Assembly (NCBI GenBank): GCA_963667175.2
Contig: CAXXXF010000003.1
Span: 160,001-224,000 of the forward strand
Length of the DNA: 64,000 nucleotides
DNA from: Candidatus Latescibacterota bacterium
GTDB lineage: Bacteria > Latescibacterota > UBA2968 > GCA-2709665
Reading direction: 5' to 3'
Shown piece by piece: positions 61,203 through 64,000 of the stretch. Position 1 is the stretch's first letter. Each line of letters opens with the position of its first letter. The notes beneath the pieces were generated by a model. It searched no databases, was not told the DNA's origin, and saw only the letters and a list, made by a program, of their open reading frames with translations. Made by a program: the position numbers and the translations under genes.

Positions 61203-61541
61203 GTGAACATACCTGCCTCGGAAACGTTTATATCGACCATGGTAGACCGAATTGTAGAAGGCTTCCAACCTTCTCGGCTTCTCCTGTTCGGTTCCCATGC
61301 GCGGGGCACGGCAACCGAGTGGAGTGACGTCGACTTGCTCGTCATTCTGCCCAACGTGTCCGACAAGCGGGATACGGCTATCGAGATCCGCCGCGCCCTG
61401 GGAGATCTCCCAGTTTGCAAGGACATAGTAATAGCCACTCCCGAGGAAGTCATTCGTCGCGGTCATCTTGTTGGTACCGTGTTGCGTTCAGCACTCCGCG
61501 AAGGGAAGGTTCTCTATGAACGACCCTGCGCGCCATCGTGA
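61203..61541 (+). CDS. Minimal nucleotidyltransferase (MNT), copy 2
   Basis: Near-identical to 57857..58192. Confidence 0.88.
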   Translation: MNIPASETFISTMVDRIVEGFQPSRLLLFGSHARGTATEWSDVDLLVILPNVSDKRDTAIEIRRALGDLPVCKDIVIATPEEVIRRGHLVGTVLRSALREGKVLYERPCAPS

Positions 61542-61968
61542 CGCGCGTCGCTTGTTTCATTTCGAGACGGGAGATCTCGTTTTCGGACAACGCTTCTTGT
61601 CGGCCGACGGCGCTTGACTTCGGCACACCCGATCCGTCGTCTAGCAAATTGACAGATCGCCAATATCCGTCAGCGGTACTACGACGCGAACTTCAAGACC
61701 CAGGACATCCCGCATTTGATGGCGAGCTCGGTATCTATTTCGAATGAACTGTGTCAGAGAAGCGATTGCATTGTGACAAGCGGTGACACAAATTTCGGCG
61801 CAATGCCCGATACAAGGAAATTCAACGAGCTTGCTTCGCGCGACGCGTTGCTTTTCTGAACGATAAATTGCACGCAACTACCGTGAAGTTCTGTCAGGCG
61901 TGACCTCAGACGTCGACTTCACCAGGAGTCCTTGCCGCCTTGTCTTTGACAGATAGGGGAATTGAACC

Positions 61969-63144
61969 ATGCAAATTGAGCAGATTGAGATCAAAAACTA
62001 CCGTCCCTTCCGCCACGCGGTCCTCGGAGCTCTGCCGCGCATGGTCGTAGTTGTCGGCGCCAACGGCTCGGGCAAATCAACGCTCTATGATGTTTTCAGC
62101 TTTCTAAAGGATGCGCTGACTCAAAATGTCGCCACGGCGGTCGCCAGGCGAGGCGGATTCCAGGAGCTTGTCAGTCGTGGAGAAAACGGCCCGATCGGTA
62201 TTACGATTAAATTTCGAGAGAAAGGCGGGCGGCTGGCCACATATGTCCTTCAAGTGGCCGAAGATAGTGGACGTGTCGTCGTCCACCGCGAGATTCTACG
62301 CTACCGGCGGGGGCAGTATGGAAAGCCCTGGCATTTCGTTGATTTTTCGCGCGGTACGGGAACTGCGATCACAAATGAGTCCGTGTACGGCCAAAAAGGC
62401 GTCGTCGAAGAGCGGGAAGAGTATGAGCTCGACGATCCAAGCATCCTGGCGATAAAAGGTTTGGGCCAATTCCGTGAATTCCGTGTTGTATCGGAGTATC
62501 GTAGCCTGGTTGAGAACTGGCACGTGTCGAATTTCCACATTGCCGACGCCCGGCCGAGTGTCGACGCTGGCTACGCCGAACATCTGTCCAGCCGAGGCGA
62601 CAATGTCGCCCAGGTCGCCCACTATCTTTACGAGAATCACCGCGACTCGTTCGACCGAATTCTAAGGGCGATGAGTCACCGCGTTCCGGGTGTTAGTAGA
62701 GTAGAAGCCAAACCCACGGAGGACGGACGTCTGGTTTTACGCTTTCAGGATGGAAGCTTCAAGGATCCATTCATCGCCCGGTACGTCTCCGACGGCACCA
62801 TAAAGATGTTTGCATATCTCGTATTGCTCTATGACCCCAGACCTCATCCCTTGTTGGCAGTCGAAGAACCTGAAAACCAACTGTACCCCGAGCTGTTGGT
62901 TGAGCTAGCTGAGGAGTTTCGCGACTACGCCCAGCGAGGAGGTCAAGTGTTTATTTCAACACACTCACCTGATTTCCTGAATGGTGTGGAACTCGAAGAG
63001 ATCTTCTATTTGGTCAAGAAAAACGGCTTCACGACTGTGCGCCGAGCATCCGAGAGCGAGTTGCTACGCAACCTCGTCGACGAAGGGGATTTACCAGGTT
63101 CTCTCTGGAAGCAAAGGCTGTTTGAGGGAGTAGGACTACAATGA
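61969..63144 (+). CDS. ABC-type ATPase (AAA_21)
   Basis: GANGSGKS, SDGT, VEEPENQLYP, STHS. Confidence 0.92.
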   Translation: MQIEQIEIKNYRPFRHAVLGALPRMVVVVGANGSGKSTLYDVFSFLKDALTQNVATAVARRGGFQELVSRGENGPIGITIKFREKGGRLATYVLQVAEDSGRVVVHREILRYRRGQYGKPWHFVDFSRGTGTAITNESVYGQKGVVEEREEYELDDPSILAIKGLGQFREFRVVSEYRSLVENWHVSNFHIADARPSVDAGYAEHLSSRGDNVAQVAHYLYENHRDSFDRILRAMSHRVPGVSRVEAKPTEDGRLVLRFQDGSFKDPFIARYVSDGTIKMFAYLVLLYDPRPHPLLAVEEPENQLYPELLVELAEEFRDYAQRGGQVFISTHSPDFLNGVELEEIFYLVKKNGFTTVRRASESELLRNLVDEGDLPGSLWKQRLFEGVGLQ

Positions 63145-63731
63145 GGCACATTGTTTTCCTTCTGGAGGAGTTCTCAATGGGCGGCTTTCTGGATGTCTTG
63201 TTGCCGAGAATTTTTCCGGATCTGTCCTTTCAGTGCGTGCCCCACGAGGGTAAACAAGACCTTGAGAAGAGTATCCCTCGAAAATTAAGGGCGTGGCGCG
63301 AGCCGGGTGTACATTTCTGCGTGATTCGGGATAACGATAGTGGCGATTGCCGCGCACTGAAGGAAAGGCTTATCGCTCAATGCAAGTCGGGCGGCCGGGA
63401 TGACACCTTGATCCGCATCGCTTGCCAGGAGTTGGAGGCCTGGTATCTGGGCGAGCCGGATGCTTTGGCGGAGGCGTTCGCTAACGAAAAGCTGCGGGGC
63501 ATCGGAAATAAAGCGCGATATCGCAATCCGGACGCCGTCGTCAGACCATCTGCCGAAGTCCGAAAGCTCGTACCTGAATTCCAAAAGGTTTCGGGCGCTC
63601 GCCGCATGGCTTGCCATTTGACCTGCGACAGGAATAGGTCGGCTAGTTTCCGCACTTTTCTAATGGGAATTGAGGACCTATGGCGAAATCCCCTGATCGG
63701 GGATGTGCGTAGTCCATCAACCGTAGGATGA
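63141..63731 (+). CDS. DUF4276-like TOPRIM-type protein
   Basis: VFLLEE.S, HEGKQDL, IRDNDSGDC, ELEAWYLG, NRS.SF. ATGA overlap. Confidence 0.82.
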   Translation: MRHIVFLLEEFSMGGFLDVLLPRIFPDLSFQCVPHEGKQDLEKSIPRKLRAWREPGVHFCVIRDNDSGDCRALKERLIAQCKSGGRDDTLIRIACQELEAWYLGEPDALAEAFANEKLRGIGNKARYRNPDAVVRPSAEVRKLVPEFQKVSGARRMACHLTCDRNRSASFRTFLMGIEDLWRNPLIGDVRSPSTVG

Positions 63732-63743
63732 GGATAAAGGACC

Positions 63744-64000
63744 ATGGCAGTAACCAACCGTGAACGCGTCGAAAAGGCGCTCGATCTATTGAAGGCGGGA
63801 TTGGGTCCATTCGTCGATCGAGAAGTCAAGAGTGCATTTAAAGCAAAGCGATTGGACGAATACGGCTTCCACCACTATCAGGATGACCCGAAACTCAAAG
63901 GCAAGCCCGTTACCGGATGGGACGCGGCCGCTTTGTTGAAGTTGATGTGGACCACGTGGAACGACGTGTTCAGGTATACGCTCGGGCATATCGAACGTAG
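63744..64000 (+). CDS. N-terminus of a Swt1-like HEPN / DUF499 AAA+ ATPase (runs off the window; missing from the ORF track)
   Basis: MAVTNRERVEKALDLLKAGLGPFVDRE...WDAAALLKLMWTTWNDVFR, the start typical of the ATPase that accompanies DUF1156 and SNF2/DUF3883 genes. AAGGA RBS. Confidence 0.8.
   Translation, partial: MAVTNRERVEKALDLLKAGLGPFVDREVKSAFKAKRLDEYGFHHYQDDPKLKGKPVTGWDAAALLKLMWTTWNDVFRYTLGHIER

Noticed and set aside
37636-63743. Integron cassette array
   Set aside because: No integrase in the window and no recurring attC-like site between genes. The repeats are duplicated gene ends.
1-64000. tRNA/rRNA genes, prophage, retron or DGR
   Set aside because: No cloverleaf, rRNA-like sequence, structural phage gene or reverse transcriptase was seen.

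Overview
The window has two halves. Positions ~1-32,200 are GC-rich catabolic DNA: three heparinase II/III-type lyases, a BNR/sialidase-like protein, three PhyH-family dioxygenases, two Gfo/Idh/MocA oxidoreductases, an M55 peptidase, a 7-heme cytochrome c, an outer-membrane beta-barrel and an ECF sigma/anti-sigma operon. This gene set recalls Latescibacterota/Poribacteria-like glycan degraders (inference only). Two AT-richer cassettes interrupt it: a PvuII-like R-M pair with no controller gene, and a three-gene TIGR04255 operon that looks like a toxin-antitoxin-chaperone system. A RAYT transposase with four REP doublets marks the border. Positions ~34,000-64,000 are a defence island built on three core genes: an SNF2/DUF3883 helicase, a DUF1156 methyltransferase and a Swt1-HEPN/DUF499-type gene cut off by the window end. 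Two cargo blocks of ~10.6 and ~12.5 kb lie between the core genes. They carry GmrSD, HigBA-ImmA, helicase+DUF2290, three ABC-ATPase+partner pairs, an RloC-like ATPase, AlbA_2, dual-OB+2xDUF488 and MNT genes, plus duplicated gene ends that record serial tandem accretion. Several small non-autonomous elements are visible, including a 290-bp MITE with a 9-bp TSD that splits DUF2290 and a CCTGCCTG...CAGGCAGG hairpin nested inside other repeats. Family assignments come from recognising motifs by eye, not from database searches.
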